NCBI GenBank assembly: GCA_910586545.1
Contig: CAJUIQ010000001.1
Location: forward strand, 1,025 to 65,024
Length of the DNA stretch: 64,000 nucleotides
Source of the DNA: an uncultured Eubacteriales bacterium
GTDB lineage: Bacteria; Bacillota; Clostridia; Oscillospirales; CAG-272
Direction of reading: 5' to 3'
Below are positions 36,269-44,920 of this stretch, piece after piece. Both the position numbers and the translations under genes were made by a program. The notes below the pieces were generated by a model. The model did not search any database and was not told the origin of the DNA. It saw only the letters and a program-made list of their open reading frames with translations. Within the stretch, counting starts at the first letter, position 1. Each line of letters begins with the position of its first letter.

Positions 36269-38113
36269 ATGGCTTCCTTGCAATCGTTTTGGCAGCGCCT
36301 TTTGAAACTGCATCGGGAAAACGGATTCAGCAGGACAGACCTATTTGCTATGCTGGTATGCTCCTTCGTGTGCGCCTCCTTTACCAGTGCGGCTGCCGGG
36401 GATTTTACCAGCCTCGCCTGGGTTCGTCAGATGTCCCCGCTCCTTTTCTGGAGTACGTTTTTTACCGCCCTGTTCTTTTTGTGGGCGGGCTTTTTACTTA
36501 CAAGAACTACCCGGATTATTAACTGGTGCCTCTTTGTATCCGCCCTTTTATACAGCCTTCTGCTGGTAGGTACCCTTTCGGGGGATTTGTTCTTTAATAT
36601 CGGCGTGGGGGCCGTTCTTTTGCTTATCGCAAAATATGTCTCCGACAAAAACCGGCTGGGGCTGGAAGGCTTCTCCTTCTCCTGGCGTGCCTCCCTGTAT
36701 GCGACGGCGGCGGTTTTTCTCCTATTCTGCCTGTTAGTCGGTTTTTGTACCATAGCAAAATACAAGGCCTTTGCCCACGGCACCTTTGATTTTGGAATCT
36801 TCTGCCAGATGTTTGAACAGATGGCCAAAACGGGTCTTCCTTATACCACTGTGGAACGTAGCCAATATCTTTCTCATTTTGCTGTGCACTTCTCCCCCAT
36901 TTATTATCTGTTGCTGCCAGGCTATATGCTGCTGCGCAGCCCCGTGTATCTTCTTTTGGCGCAGGCGGTAATTGTGGGACTGGGGGTGTTTCCCCTGCGG
37001 CGTATCTGCCGCACGTTGGGTATGAGTCCCCTGTGCGCTACAGGCGCGGCAGCGCTGTATGTCCTGTATCCCACAATGGCAAACGGCTGCTTTTACGATT
37101 TTCATGAAAATAAATTTTTATCGGTACTGCTACTTTATATGATCTCCTTTATACTGGAGCAGAGACGTCTCCCTGCGGCAGTATTTGCGTTGTTGGTACT
37201 TTGCGTTAAGGAAGATGCGTTCATCTACGTGGCGGCGGTAGCGCTTTGGATGCTTCTCACACGCCGGGACCGGTGGTTTGCCGCCGGCATGATTGGGGCG
37301 TCTCTCATATGGTTTGTATTTGCCTGCGCTATGATCCGCCTGTCTGGCGGAGAAATTATGTCTGATCGGTTCGCAAACTTTTCTTCTATGGGGGGAGGAC
37401 TGATGGACGCTGTGCGCACTTGCTTTTATAACATTGGGTATCTCATCCGGGAGGTTTTCTCCGGCGCCGAGACAGAAGTCTATCAGGAGCTCACCTATTC
37501 CGGCCAGAAGCTGGAGTTTGTATTGTGGCTGTGCGTACCCCTTCTGTTTACTCCCTTTGCGGGGAAGCGCTCTGTTCAGCTGGTACTGCTAATTCCCCTG
37601 TTGGTCGTCAACCTTATGCCGGATTGGATGTATCAGTTTGACATTGATTTTCAATATACCTACGGCACCGCCGCTCTGCTTCTGGTATCGTCGATGCTCA
37701 CCGTGTCCGGATGGAGTCCGGCGGGTCGGCGGCTTTTCTTTTGCAGCGCTCTGGCGCTTGGGCTGGTGTTCTCCACATCCGCCGTATATCCAAAGGCGCA
37801 GCGAAATATCGCCCGATACTATGCAAATAAAGCGGAATATGACGCTACCGCCGACGCGCTGAAGGACATTCCCGCCGACGCCTCCGTGACGGCGTATGGA
37901 TACATGATGCCCCATCTATATTTCGTAGACGATCTCCACTCCTGTCCGGACTATTACGCCCCGCTGGAGCAGACGGATTATTATGTACTAGACACACGAT
38001 ACGCAAACGATACGCATACCAAAAAAATGCGGATAGCTATGGCGGACGACTACACTTTGGTGACTGAGGCCGGGTATGTACAGATTTACCGGCTTACAGA
38101 ATCCGCTGGGTAA
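36269..38113 (+). CDS. DUF2079-like polytopic membrane protein (GT-C-like fold suspected)
   Basis: ATG 36269 follows AAAGGAG; the track ORF starts at 36041. More than 10 TM helices, with FDFGIFCQMFEQM...HFAVHFSPIYYLLLPGY in the first loop region. Confidence 0.6.
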   Translation: MASLQSFWQRLLKLHRENGFSRTDLFAMLVCSFVCASFTSAAAGDFTSLAWVRQMSPLLFWSTFFTALFFLWAGFLLTRTTRIINWCLFVSALLYSLLLVGTLSGDLFFNIGVGAVLLLIAKYVSDKNRLGLEGFSFSWRASLYATAAVFLLFCLLVGFCTIAKYKAFAHGTFDFGIFCQMFEQMAKTGLPYTTVERSQYLSHFAVHFSPIYYLLLPGYMLLRSPVYLLLAQAVIVGLGVFPLRRICRTLGMSPLCATGAAALYVLYPTMANGCFYDFHENKFLSVLLLYMISFILEQRRLPAAVFALLVLCVKEDAFIYVAAVALWMLLTRRDRWFAAGMIGASLIWFVFACAMIRLSGGEIMSDRFANFSSMGGGLMDAVRTCFYNIGYLIREVFSGAETEVYQELTYSGQKLEFVLWLCVPLLFTPFAGKRSVQLVLLIPLLVVNLMPDWMYQFDIDFQYTYGTAALLLVSSMLTVSGWSPAGRRLFFCSALALGLVFSTSAVYPKAQRNIARYYANKAEYDATADALKDIPADASVTAYGYMMPHLYFVDDLHSCPDYYAPLEQTDYYVLDTRYANDTHTKKMRIAMADDYTLVTEAGYVQIYRLTESAG

Positions 38114-38124
38114 TGGAGATTCAT

Positions 38125-38790
38125 ATGACAAAGAAAAATATTCACGACGCGCACCGCCAACGTATGCGCGCTAAGCTGCTGAAGCATGGCGGCGATGTGT
38201 TTGAACCCCACGAACTGTTGGAAATGCTGTTGTATTTTTCTATCACGCAGAAAAATACAAATCCGGCGGCACACGCGCTGATTGACCATCAAAGCTGTCT
38301 GCAGCTTTTGGAAAGCGATACGGAACAAATGCAGCAGGCCGAGGGAGTCGGTCCTGCCAGCGCAATGTTGATTAAAACATCGGGAATCTTCTCCCGCCGG
38401 GCAGTACTGGAGGCGTTTTCCAAAGAACCGCTGGAAAATACCTTTCAGCGGAGTATGTATTTATATATGTGGTATAGGGGAAAACCGGCCTCTACCGTAA
38501 CGGCGCTGCTATTGGACGTGGACTGCCGTGTGATTGACAATGTGATTCTGTCGCAGGGCAGATACATCCGACCGGAGTCTTATGGCGATCTGATCCTCTC
38601 CTATGCCAAACAGCATGGCGCGGCCGGAGTCATCCTGGCGCACAACCACGCAAACAACGTACGGGAGCCTTCCATTGAAGATATTTTTCTAACTGGACAA
38701 ATTCGAAAAATTTTAGAAAACTCCCCCTACACATTTTACGGTCACTATATTGTAACCAGCACCGACTGCTTTTCCTGTCCAGACGTATGA
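38125..38790 (+). CDS. radC: RadC-family JAB/MPN-domain protein
   Basis: N-terminal HRQRMRAKLL...EPHELLEMLL and a JAMM-type HNHANNVREPSIED (HxHx7Sx2D). ATG 38125 follows GGAG; the alternative ATG 38113 overlaps the upstream stop. Confidence 0.8.
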   Translation: MTKKNIHDAHRQRMRAKLLKHGGDVFEPHELLEMLLYFSITQKNTNPAAHALIDHQSCLQLLESDTEQMQQAEGVGPASAMLIKTSGIFSRRAVLEAFSKEPLENTFQRSMYLYMWYRGKPASTVTALLLDVDCRVIDNVILSQGRYIRPESYGDLILSYAKQHGAAGVILAHNHANNVREPSIEDIFLTGQIRKILENSPYTFYGHYIVTSTDCFSCPDV

Positions 38791-38827
38791 CGCAGTCGGA
38801 GCATTTCATTAAAATGAGGAAAGATAT

Positions 38828-39355
38828 ATGCGAGAAAAACAAGCCTATTTAGAATGCGCAATGGCGGTAAACACACACGGTGTAAAAGGCGGTGTGCGGC
38901 TGGCCAGCCGGTGTGATTCCCCGGCAGTTCTGGCGTCTCTGAAAACGATGTATCTGCGGGAGGGAAACGAATATCGCGCGATGCCTGTCGTCCACGCCAG
39001 CGTACAGAAAAACATGGTGCTGGCAACCTTTGCGGGGATAGATACTCTGGAGGGGGCGGTGGCCCTGCGGGACAAGGTATTTTATGCGAAGCGGGAGGAT
39101 CTTCCCCTGGAGGAGGGAGCGCATTTCGTCGCAGATTTGTTGGGCCTGCCGGTCATCGATGCAGACAGCGGGGATGTTTGCGGCGTGCTGGAAGACGTGA
39201 CGTTTCCCGGAGCGCATCCCGTATATGTGGTGCGGGATGGAGAGCGCTCCTTCATGATTCCCGCCGTACCCGCCTTTATTTTGGATATTTCCTTTGGGCA
39301 GGAAAAGCCGGAGGGAATTTATGTGCGACTGATTGAAGGGATGCGTGAGGGATAA
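38828..39355 (+). CDS. rimM: 16S rRNA processing protein RimM
   Basis: HGVKGGVRL N-terminal motif, a PRC-barrel-like C-terminus, and position immediately upstream of trmD. Confidence 0.85.
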   Translation: MREKQAYLECAMAVNTHGVKGGVRLASRCDSPAVLASLKTMYLREGNEYRAMPVVHASVQKNMVLATFAGIDTLEGAVALRDKVFYAKREDLPLEEGAHFVADLLGLPVIDADSGDVCGVLEDVTFPGAHPVYVVRDGERSFMIPAVPAFILDISFGQEKPEGIYVRLIEGMREG

Positions 39356-40107
39356 TGCGGTTTGATATTTTGACCCTATTTCCCGCCATGGTAGAATCGG
39401 TTTTGTCGGAAAGTATTATCGGCAGGGCGCAGAAAAACGGAATTTTAGAGGTGCACGCCCACAATATCCGGGATTATTCGGAAAACAAGCACCGGCGTGT
39501 GGACGATACCCCATACGGCGGCGGCAGGGGTATGTTGATGGCCGCTCCGCCGGTGTGGAACTGCTGGCAAGCGGTGCAGGCGGACATGACGGCAGAAGAG
39601 CAGGTGCGCACCATATATTTGTCTCCCAGAGGTAAAACCTTCACCCAAAAGGACGCGCAGCGTCTAGCCGGATATGACCGGCTAATTCTCTTGTGCGGCC
39701 ATTATGAGGGAATTGACCAACGCGCGGTAGACGCTGTGGCAGATGAAGAAATCTCCATCGGGGACTATGTGCTCACCGGCGGAGAGCTGCCCGCGTGTAT
39801 CCTGGCGGACAGTGTTGGCCGGCTGATTGACGGCGTTCTGCCGGAGGCGGAATGTCATGAGAAGGAGAGCTTTGAAAAGGAACTTTTGGAATATCCGCAG
39901 TATACCAGACCGGAAGTGTTTCGAGGAGAGCGGGTGCCGGACGTCCTTCTCAGCGGTCATCACGAAAACATTGACAAGTGGCGTCTGGAGCAGGCGGAGG
40001 AAGCGACCCGCCAGCGCAGGCCGGACTTGTATGAAAAATATTTGCAGAAATATAAGCAGGAGAAGAATATAAAAAGGACGGAGAGAAAGCTCTCTCCGCC
40101 TCGTTAA
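39355..40107 (+). CDS. trmD: tRNA (guanine37-N1)-methyltransferase
   Basis: MRFDILTLFPAM, DDTPYGGGRGMLM, CGHYEGIDQR and SIGDYVLTGGELPA. Confidence 0.95.
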   Translation: MRFDILTLFPAMVESVLSESIIGRAQKNGILEVHAHNIRDYSENKHRRVDDTPYGGGRGMLMAAPPVWNCWQAVQADMTAEEQVRTIYLSPRGKTFTQKDAQRLAGYDRLILLCGHYEGIDQRAVDAVADEEISIGDYVLTGGELPACILADSVGRLIDGVLPEAECHEKESFEKELLEYPQYTRPEVFRGERVPDVLLSGHHENIDKWRLEQAEEATRQRRPDLYEKYLQKYKQEKNIKRTERKLSPPR

Positions 40108-40127
40108 CGCCCGTCATTGCACAAAAG

Positions 40128-40157
40128 AAAAAGCCTCCCTCTTAAGAGGGAGGCTTT
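40128..40157. terminator. bidirectional Rho-independent terminator between trmD and glf
   Basis: Perfect palindrome AAAAAGCCTCCCTCTT|AAGAGGGAGGCTTTT. Confidence 0.85.
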
Positions 40158-40184
40158 TGTCACGGTAGGAACATGCTGCCAAGC

Positions 40185-41282
40185 TTATCCCAAAACCTTG
40201 GCCGCAAGCTCCAGCGCCTGCGCTACCACGTGATGCATGTCATAATACTTATATTTGCCAAGTCGTCCTCCGAAAAGCACTCTATCCTCCCGCTCTGCCA
40301 GCGCCTTGTATTTCTCATACAGGGCGTTGTTTTTTTCGTCGTTCATAGGATAGTAAGGCTCGTCGCCCGGTCTCCATGTGGCGGGATATTCCCGGGTGAT
40401 CACTGTGCGGGGGCCTGTGCCGAACGCAAAGTGCTTGTGTTCAATAATCCGGGTATAGGGTACTTCATATTCCGTATAGTTCACTACCGCATTACCCTGA
40501 TAATTCTCCATGTCCAGCACCTGGGTTTCAAAACGCAGGCTCCGATATTCCAGCATTCCGTAGCAGTAATCATAAAACTGATCGATCATTCCGGTGAACA
40601 CAGTCGTTTTTGCCAGCGCGGGAAGTCCCTCCTTGTCTGCAAAATAGTCGCAATTCAGGCGCACGTCCGCTCCCTCCAGCATACGCTGAATCATCTTGGT
40701 ATACCCCTCCTGGGGGATCCCCTGGAAGCTGTCGTTGAAATAGTTATTATCATAGGTAAAACGCACCGGCAGGCGGCGAATGATGAACGCAGGCAATTCT
40801 GTGGCCTGGCGGCCCCATTGCTTTTCCGTATATCCCTTTACCAGCGTTTCATAAATATCCCGGCCAACCAAGGAAAGAGCCTGCTCTTCCAAATTTTGCG
40901 GTTCACCGATTCCGGCCGCAGCGATTTGCTCGTCAATTTTCGCACGCGCCTCCGATGGGGTAGTTACGCCCCACAAACTGTTGAACGTGTTCATATTGAA
41001 GGGCAAGTTGTACATTCTTCCTTTATACAGCGCCACGGGACTGTTGGTATACCGGTTGAAGTCGGCAAACCGGTTTACATACTCCCACACCTGTCGATTG
41101 CTGGTATGGAAAATATGAGCGCCGTACATATGGGTCTCCACGCCGGCGATTTCTTTTGTATACAGATTGCCCCCTATGTGCTCCCGCCGGTCGATGACTA
41201 GACATGTTTTCCCTCTGTCCATCGCTTCTCTGGCAAAAACTGCCCCAAATAGGCCCGCACCGACGATCAGATAATCATACAT
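40185..41282 (-). CDS. glf: UDP-galactopyranose mutase
   Basis: MYDYLIVGAGLFGAVFA FAD-binding fold, IDRREHIGGN and RLGKYKYYDM. The start is set at the ATG after AAGAGGAG; the track ORF extends to 41312. Confidence 0.9.
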   Translation of the reverse strand: MYDYLIVGAGLFGAVFAREAMDRGKTCLVIDRREHIGGNLYTKEIAGVETHMYGAHIFHTSNRQVWEYVNRFADFNRYTNSPVALYKGRMYNLPFNMNTFNSLWGVTTPSEARAKIDEQIAAAGIGEPQNLEEQALSLVGRDIYETLVKGYTEKQWGRQATELPAFIIRRLPVRFTYDNNYFNDSFQGIPQEGYTKMIQRMLEGADVRLNCDYFADKEGLPALAKTTVFTGMIDQFYDYCYGMLEYRSLRFETQVLDMENYQGNAVVNYTEYEVPYTRIIEHKHFAFGTGPRTVITREYPATWRPGDEPYYPMNDEKNNALYEKYKALAEREDRVLFGGRLGKYKYYDMHHVVAQALELAAKVLG

Positions 41283-41409
41283 AAGTAAAACTCCTCTTTG
41301 ATTCGGTTCCAATTTCTACCTTTATTGTATCATGAAGAAGTCCAAAGTACAAGATGTAGTTTGTCGCCCGATAAAAGGAGATTTGCATGGGCAAAATTTC
41401 AGAAAACCC

Positions 41410-41439
41410 TTGACAAATATGCCCTCTTCTATGTATAAT
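41410..41439 (+). promoter_or_regulatory. sigma-A-type promoter of the rpmH operon
   Basis: TTGACA (41410..41415), an 18-nt spacer, then TATAAT (41434..41439). Confidence 0.6.
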
Positions 41440-41528
41440 AAGGATTGCCTATGCGTCTGTGGACGAGTTGTCCAAACAAATTTTAGGAAATAATAAAAAT
41501 TTCGATACAATCGTAAGGAGGTGCAACA

Positions 41529-41663
41529 ATGCTCCGGACATATCAACCCAAAAAACGTCAGAGAAAAAAGGAACACGGTTTTCGTAAGAGAATGAAGACT
41601 GCCGACGGCAGAAAAGTTTTGAAAAGACGCCGTGCGAAAGGCAGAGCAAGACTGACGCACTAA
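41529..41663 (+). CDS. rpmH: 50S ribosomal protein L34
   Basis: Not in the ORF track (44 aa). Read by eye: [44 protein letters not shown], preceded by TAAGGAGGTG. Confidence 0.93.
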   Translation: MLRTYQPKKRQRKKEHGFRKRMKTADGRKVLKRRRAKGRARLTH

Positions 41664-41806
41664 AACGGGGCGTACCTCGCCTGCACTATGAGAATTTGCG
41701 GGATATCCCCGCCCGCCTCCGCAGCGGTTCCGGCTCCCGGACCCATCGGAGGCGTTCTTTCGTTTTTGTGTCTTTGCAGTATTTTGTAGAACCCGGGAGG
41801 TCAGAT

Positions 41807-42232
41807 GTGAAGCAGATCGCAATTTGCGAAAATCATCTTTACCAAAAAGCATATACCCGCGGCAGGCGCGCCGCGGCAAAAACGATTTGCGTTTATATCC
41901 TGGGGGATAAAAAAGCCCGCGCGCTGCGGGCTGCCCATCCCATGAAGCAAACGGTCAACCGCGTGGGCATTTCTGCCTCAAAAAAAATCGGAGGCGCCGT
42001 GGCCCGCAACCGTGCCAAGCGGATTATTCGCGAAGCATACAGACTGACAGACGCACAAATAGGTGTTAAAAAAGGCTATCTTGTGGTAATCACCGCGAGA
42101 CACGCAGCCACGGTTTCTAAAATGCAGGACGTTTTGCGTGATTTGCAGTACTGCCTGCGTAAAGTGGACATGCTTGCTTCAGCCAATAAAAACAAAACCG
42201 GCCGGGACGCGGCCCAAAATCACCATGTTTAA
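41807..42232 (+). CDS. rnpA: ribonuclease P protein component
   Basis: GTG 41807 is 6 nt after [30 protein letters not shown] is the RNR motif region. Position directly after rpmH. Confidence 0.85.
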   Translation: MKQIAICENHLYQKAYTRGRRAAAKTICVYILGDKKARALRAAHPMKQTVNRVGISASKKIGGAVARNRAKRIIREAYRLTDAQIGVKKGYLVVITARHAATVSKMQDVLRDLQYCLRKVDMLASANKNKTGRDAAQNHHV

Positions 42233-42479
42233 AAAACTGTTTCAGGCGCCGGTACGCCTGTACCAAAAATTTTTTTCGCCCCTGTTTCCAGCCCGCTGCC
42301 GTTTTACGCCTACCTGTTCGCAGTACTGTCTCCTCGCCATCGAGGAGTGGGGCGTGATCCGGGGGGTTGCACTGTCCCTTTGGCGGATTCTCCGCTGCAA
42401 TCCCTGGGGACGGGGCGGATATGACCCGGTTCCGAAACGAAAATCCGGAAAGGGAAAGAAAGACCAGTCGACTCTGTAA
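42225..42479 (+). CDS. yidD: membrane protein insertion efficiency factor YidD
   Basis: [43 protein letters not shown]...[17 protein letters not shown]. 8-nt overlap with rnpA. Confidence 0.9.
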   Translation: MFKKLFQAPVRLYQKFFSPLFPARCRFTPTCSQYCLLAIEEWGVIRGVALSLWRILRCNPWGRGGYDPVPKRKSGKGKKDQSTL

Positions 42480-42501
42480 AACCTCGAAAGGTATCTGATA
42501 C

Positions 42502-43668
42502 ATGAGCTTTTTTGATTATCTGATCGTTCCGTTTGGGTACGTCATGCAGTTTTGCTGCTGGATCTTCCCAAACTATCTGGCGGCTCTCGCCGTGTTTACC
42601 GTTCTGATCCAGCTGCTCCTTTGCCTTATATTCGGGATCAAGACGCAGAAGAATTCCCTGAAACAGGCGGCCCTGGCGCCGAAAGTCGCGGCTCTGCGAA
42701 AAAAATACGCAGGCAGAACAGACCAGGCTACCCGTCTGAAAATGCAGGAAGAAACCCAGAAAATGTATCAGGAAAACGGCTTCAACCCTATGGGCGGCTG
42801 TCTTCCCATGCTGATTCAGCTTCCCATTATTTTGGCGCTGTATCAGGTTATCGTCAATCCCCTGCGGTATATCTGTGGTGTTTTTCGCTTTGATGGAAGC
42901 AAAATTGCCACGATTGTTGAAAACTTTAAAAATGCTGGTATTCATATATCCGAGGACATGCGAACCCAGCAGTATGACATTATTCGGTATATAGTGGAGC
43001 ATAAGGATGAAACCGAGCATGTCAAAACCCTTTTGGAGGGGCAGGATCCTTCTGTACTGCCAACCTTCTCCATCGGCGGGTTTGATATGTCTCAAACGCC
43101 CGAATTTGCTTCTATTCTAGTCCTGGTTCCGGTTCTGATCTTTGTGGTTATGATTGTGAGCCAGATTATCACACGTCGTTTTACATATCAGGATCCCGCG
43201 GTGAAGGAACAGCAAAATAGTATTTCCATGAAAATTATGATGTACACCACTCCGCTGATCTCCGTATATGTATCCTTTTATATGCCCGCAGCGGTTGGTA
43301 TCTACTGGATTTACCGTTCTATCGCGGCTACCCTGCAACAAATGATCCTTTATAAAATTATGCCTCCCCCCACCTTTACGGAAGAAGATTATAAGGCGGC
43401 GGAACGGGAACTGAACGGTTCTTCTAAAAAGAAAAAGAAATCCGGCGGCTCCCTGCCTTCCGGCAGCGGCGGCGAGAAAAAACGTTCTCTGCACCACATT
43501 GACGACGAGGATGAAGGCGATACTTCTCCAGCAGAAAAGCAAGCGCCGGCTGCAAAAGAGCCAAAACAGGAAAAAGAAGAGTCCAAAAGGGATCTGCCCC
43601 CGGCAGCTCCTTCCGACGCCCCTGTTATGAAAGAAGATAAGGGCACAAAACATTATAAAAAGAAATAA
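42502..43668 (+). CDS. yidC: membrane protein insertase YidC/SpoIIIJ
   Basis: Oxa1-family core (NPMGGCLPMLIQLPIILALYQ) and a long charged K/E-rich C-terminal tail. Confidence 0.9.
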   Translation: MSFFDYLIVPFGYVMQFCCWIFPNYLAALAVFTVLIQLLLCLIFGIKTQKNSLKQAALAPKVAALRKKYAGRTDQATRLKMQEETQKMYQENGFNPMGGCLPMLIQLPIILALYQVIVNPLRYICGVFRFDGSKIATIVENFKNAGIHISEDMRTQQYDIIRYIVEHKDETEHVKTLLEGQDPSVLPTFSIGGFDMSQTPEFASILVLVPVLIFVVMIVSQIITRRFTYQDPAVKEQQNSISMKIMMYTTPLISVYVSFYMPAAVGIYWIYRSIAATLQQMILYKIMPPPTFTEEDYKAAERELNGSSKKKKKSGGSLPSGSGGEKKRSLHHIDDEDEGDTSPAEKQAPAAKEPKQEKEESKRDLPPAAPSDAPVMKEDKGTKHYKKK

Positions 43669-43845
43669 AAACTTTAGAAAATAGTGTGAAAATAATATGC
43701 ACATCGAAGCGCATGTAGTTAACCGATTTCACACCCCAAATCAGCTTGGAAATGGGGCGTGCCCCATTTTCTGCCGACAACGTCGGCACAGCTGATTTTC
43801 ATGAACAATTTGCGCCGCCGCAGTGCGGCGGAATGGAGATTTATT

Positions 43846-44853
43846 ATGGCTGAAGAAATCATCATTACCGGCAAGACCTTTGAAGAGGCGATGGCCCAGG
43901 CCCAGTCGGAATACAGCGGGGAAAACGTGCAGTATGAGATACTGGAAATGCCGAAAAAGGGAATTTTTGGCATCGGCGCTTCTCCTGCAAAAATCAAGGT
44001 AATCATCTCTGATCCAGTGGAGGAAGATACAGACCTCTCCGGCATTGTCGCGTCTATCAAAGGGCTGAAGGTTACCACCAACAAAGGCGGAGACGGCAGC
44101 GCTCCTGCACCGGAGGCGCCGGTACAAAAGAAACCGGAGCCAAAAAAGGAGAAGCCCAAAGCGGCCGCTCCTGTCAAACCTGTAAAGGCTGAGGAAAAAG
44201 AAGAAAAGCCGGTTCCCGTCCCGAAAAAAGCAGAACAAGCTTCTGGAATAAAAGAGAAAAAAGAGCCGAAGGTAATTGAAATTACAGAAGAAGAACGGCA
44301 GTGCGCGCTGACCTTTCTTACCACGCTGCTCACCGATATGGGCGTGGATGCAAAGGCAGAGTTTGTAGGCAGCGAGTCCTCCGGTATCGGCGGAAACACC
44401 TATCCCCGGATGGAAATTACCGGCGAGGGAGCAGGCGTACTGATCGGCCACCACGGCGAAACGCTGGACGCCATTCAGTATCTTGTGAATTTGTGCACTC
44501 ATCGAAAAGGGGGCGGATCCTCTAAGGATTTCGTCAAGATTATTGTAGACATTGAGAATTATCGGCGCAAGAGAGAAGAGACTTTGCGCAGCTTGGCGCG
44601 GCGCACCGCTTCCAAAGCGCAGAAATACCGCAGAAACATTGTGCTGGAACCCATGAATCCCTTTGAACGGCGGATCATTCATTCGGAGATTCAGGACATT
44701 GAAAATGTGTCTACGCACTCCGTTGGCCGAGACGAAAACCGTAAAATCGTAGTATGCTACGAAGGAGCGGACAAGGTGGACCGTCGGCGTCGAGGTCCTC
44801 GCCCAGCGCCGGCTGCACCTGTAGCGGCGGAGAGCGGCACGGAAGAAGAATAA
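43846..44853 (+). CDS. jag: Jag/KhpB RNA-binding protein (Jag_N, KH, R3H)
   Basis: ATG 43846 follows GGAG; the track ORF starts at 43759. Jag_N domain (ITGKTFEEAMAQAQ), a P/K/E-rich linker and a C-terminal R3H (NPFERRIIHSEIQ). Confidence 0.85.
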   Translation: MAEEIIITGKTFEEAMAQAQSEYSGENVQYEILEMPKKGIFGIGASPAKIKVIISDPVEEDTDLSGIVASIKGLKVTTNKGGDGSAPAPEAPVQKKPEPKKEKPKAAAPVKPVKAEEKEEKPVPVPKKAEQASGIKEKKEPKVIEITEEERQCALTFLTTLLTDMGVDAKAEFVGSESSGIGGNTYPRMEITGEGAGVLIGHHGETLDAIQYLVNLCTHRKGGGSSKDFVKIIVDIENYRRKREETLRSLARRTASKAQKYRRNIVLEPMNPFERRIIHSEIQDIENVSTHSVGRDENRKIVVCYEGADKVDRRRRGPRPAPAAPVAAESGTEEE

Positions 44854-44865
44854 AAGAAAGTAGTA

Positions 44866-44902
44866 GCCCCCTGGCAGCTTCGCTGCCAGGGGGCATACTT
44901 TT
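44866..44902 (+). terminator. Rho-independent terminator of the rpmH-jag operon
   Basis: GCCCCCTGGCAGC-TTC-GCTGCCAGGGGGC forms a 13-bp GC-rich stem, followed by ATACTTTT. Confidence 0.8.
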
Positions 44903-44920
44903 ATGTGAAAATTTTTATTT

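Noticed and set aside
41313-41528. oriC / DnaA-box cluster next to rpmH
   Set aside because: Only two weak 7-of-9 matches to TTATCCACA are present (TCGTCCACA on the complement, TTGTCCAAA). There is no AT-rich unwinding element and no adjacent dnaA.
41322-41879. 185-aa minus-strand ORF covering the rpmH region
   Set aside because: The plus strand here carries a consensus promoter, a strong RBS and a textbook L34 sequence followed by rnpA. The minus-strand ORF has no supporting signals.
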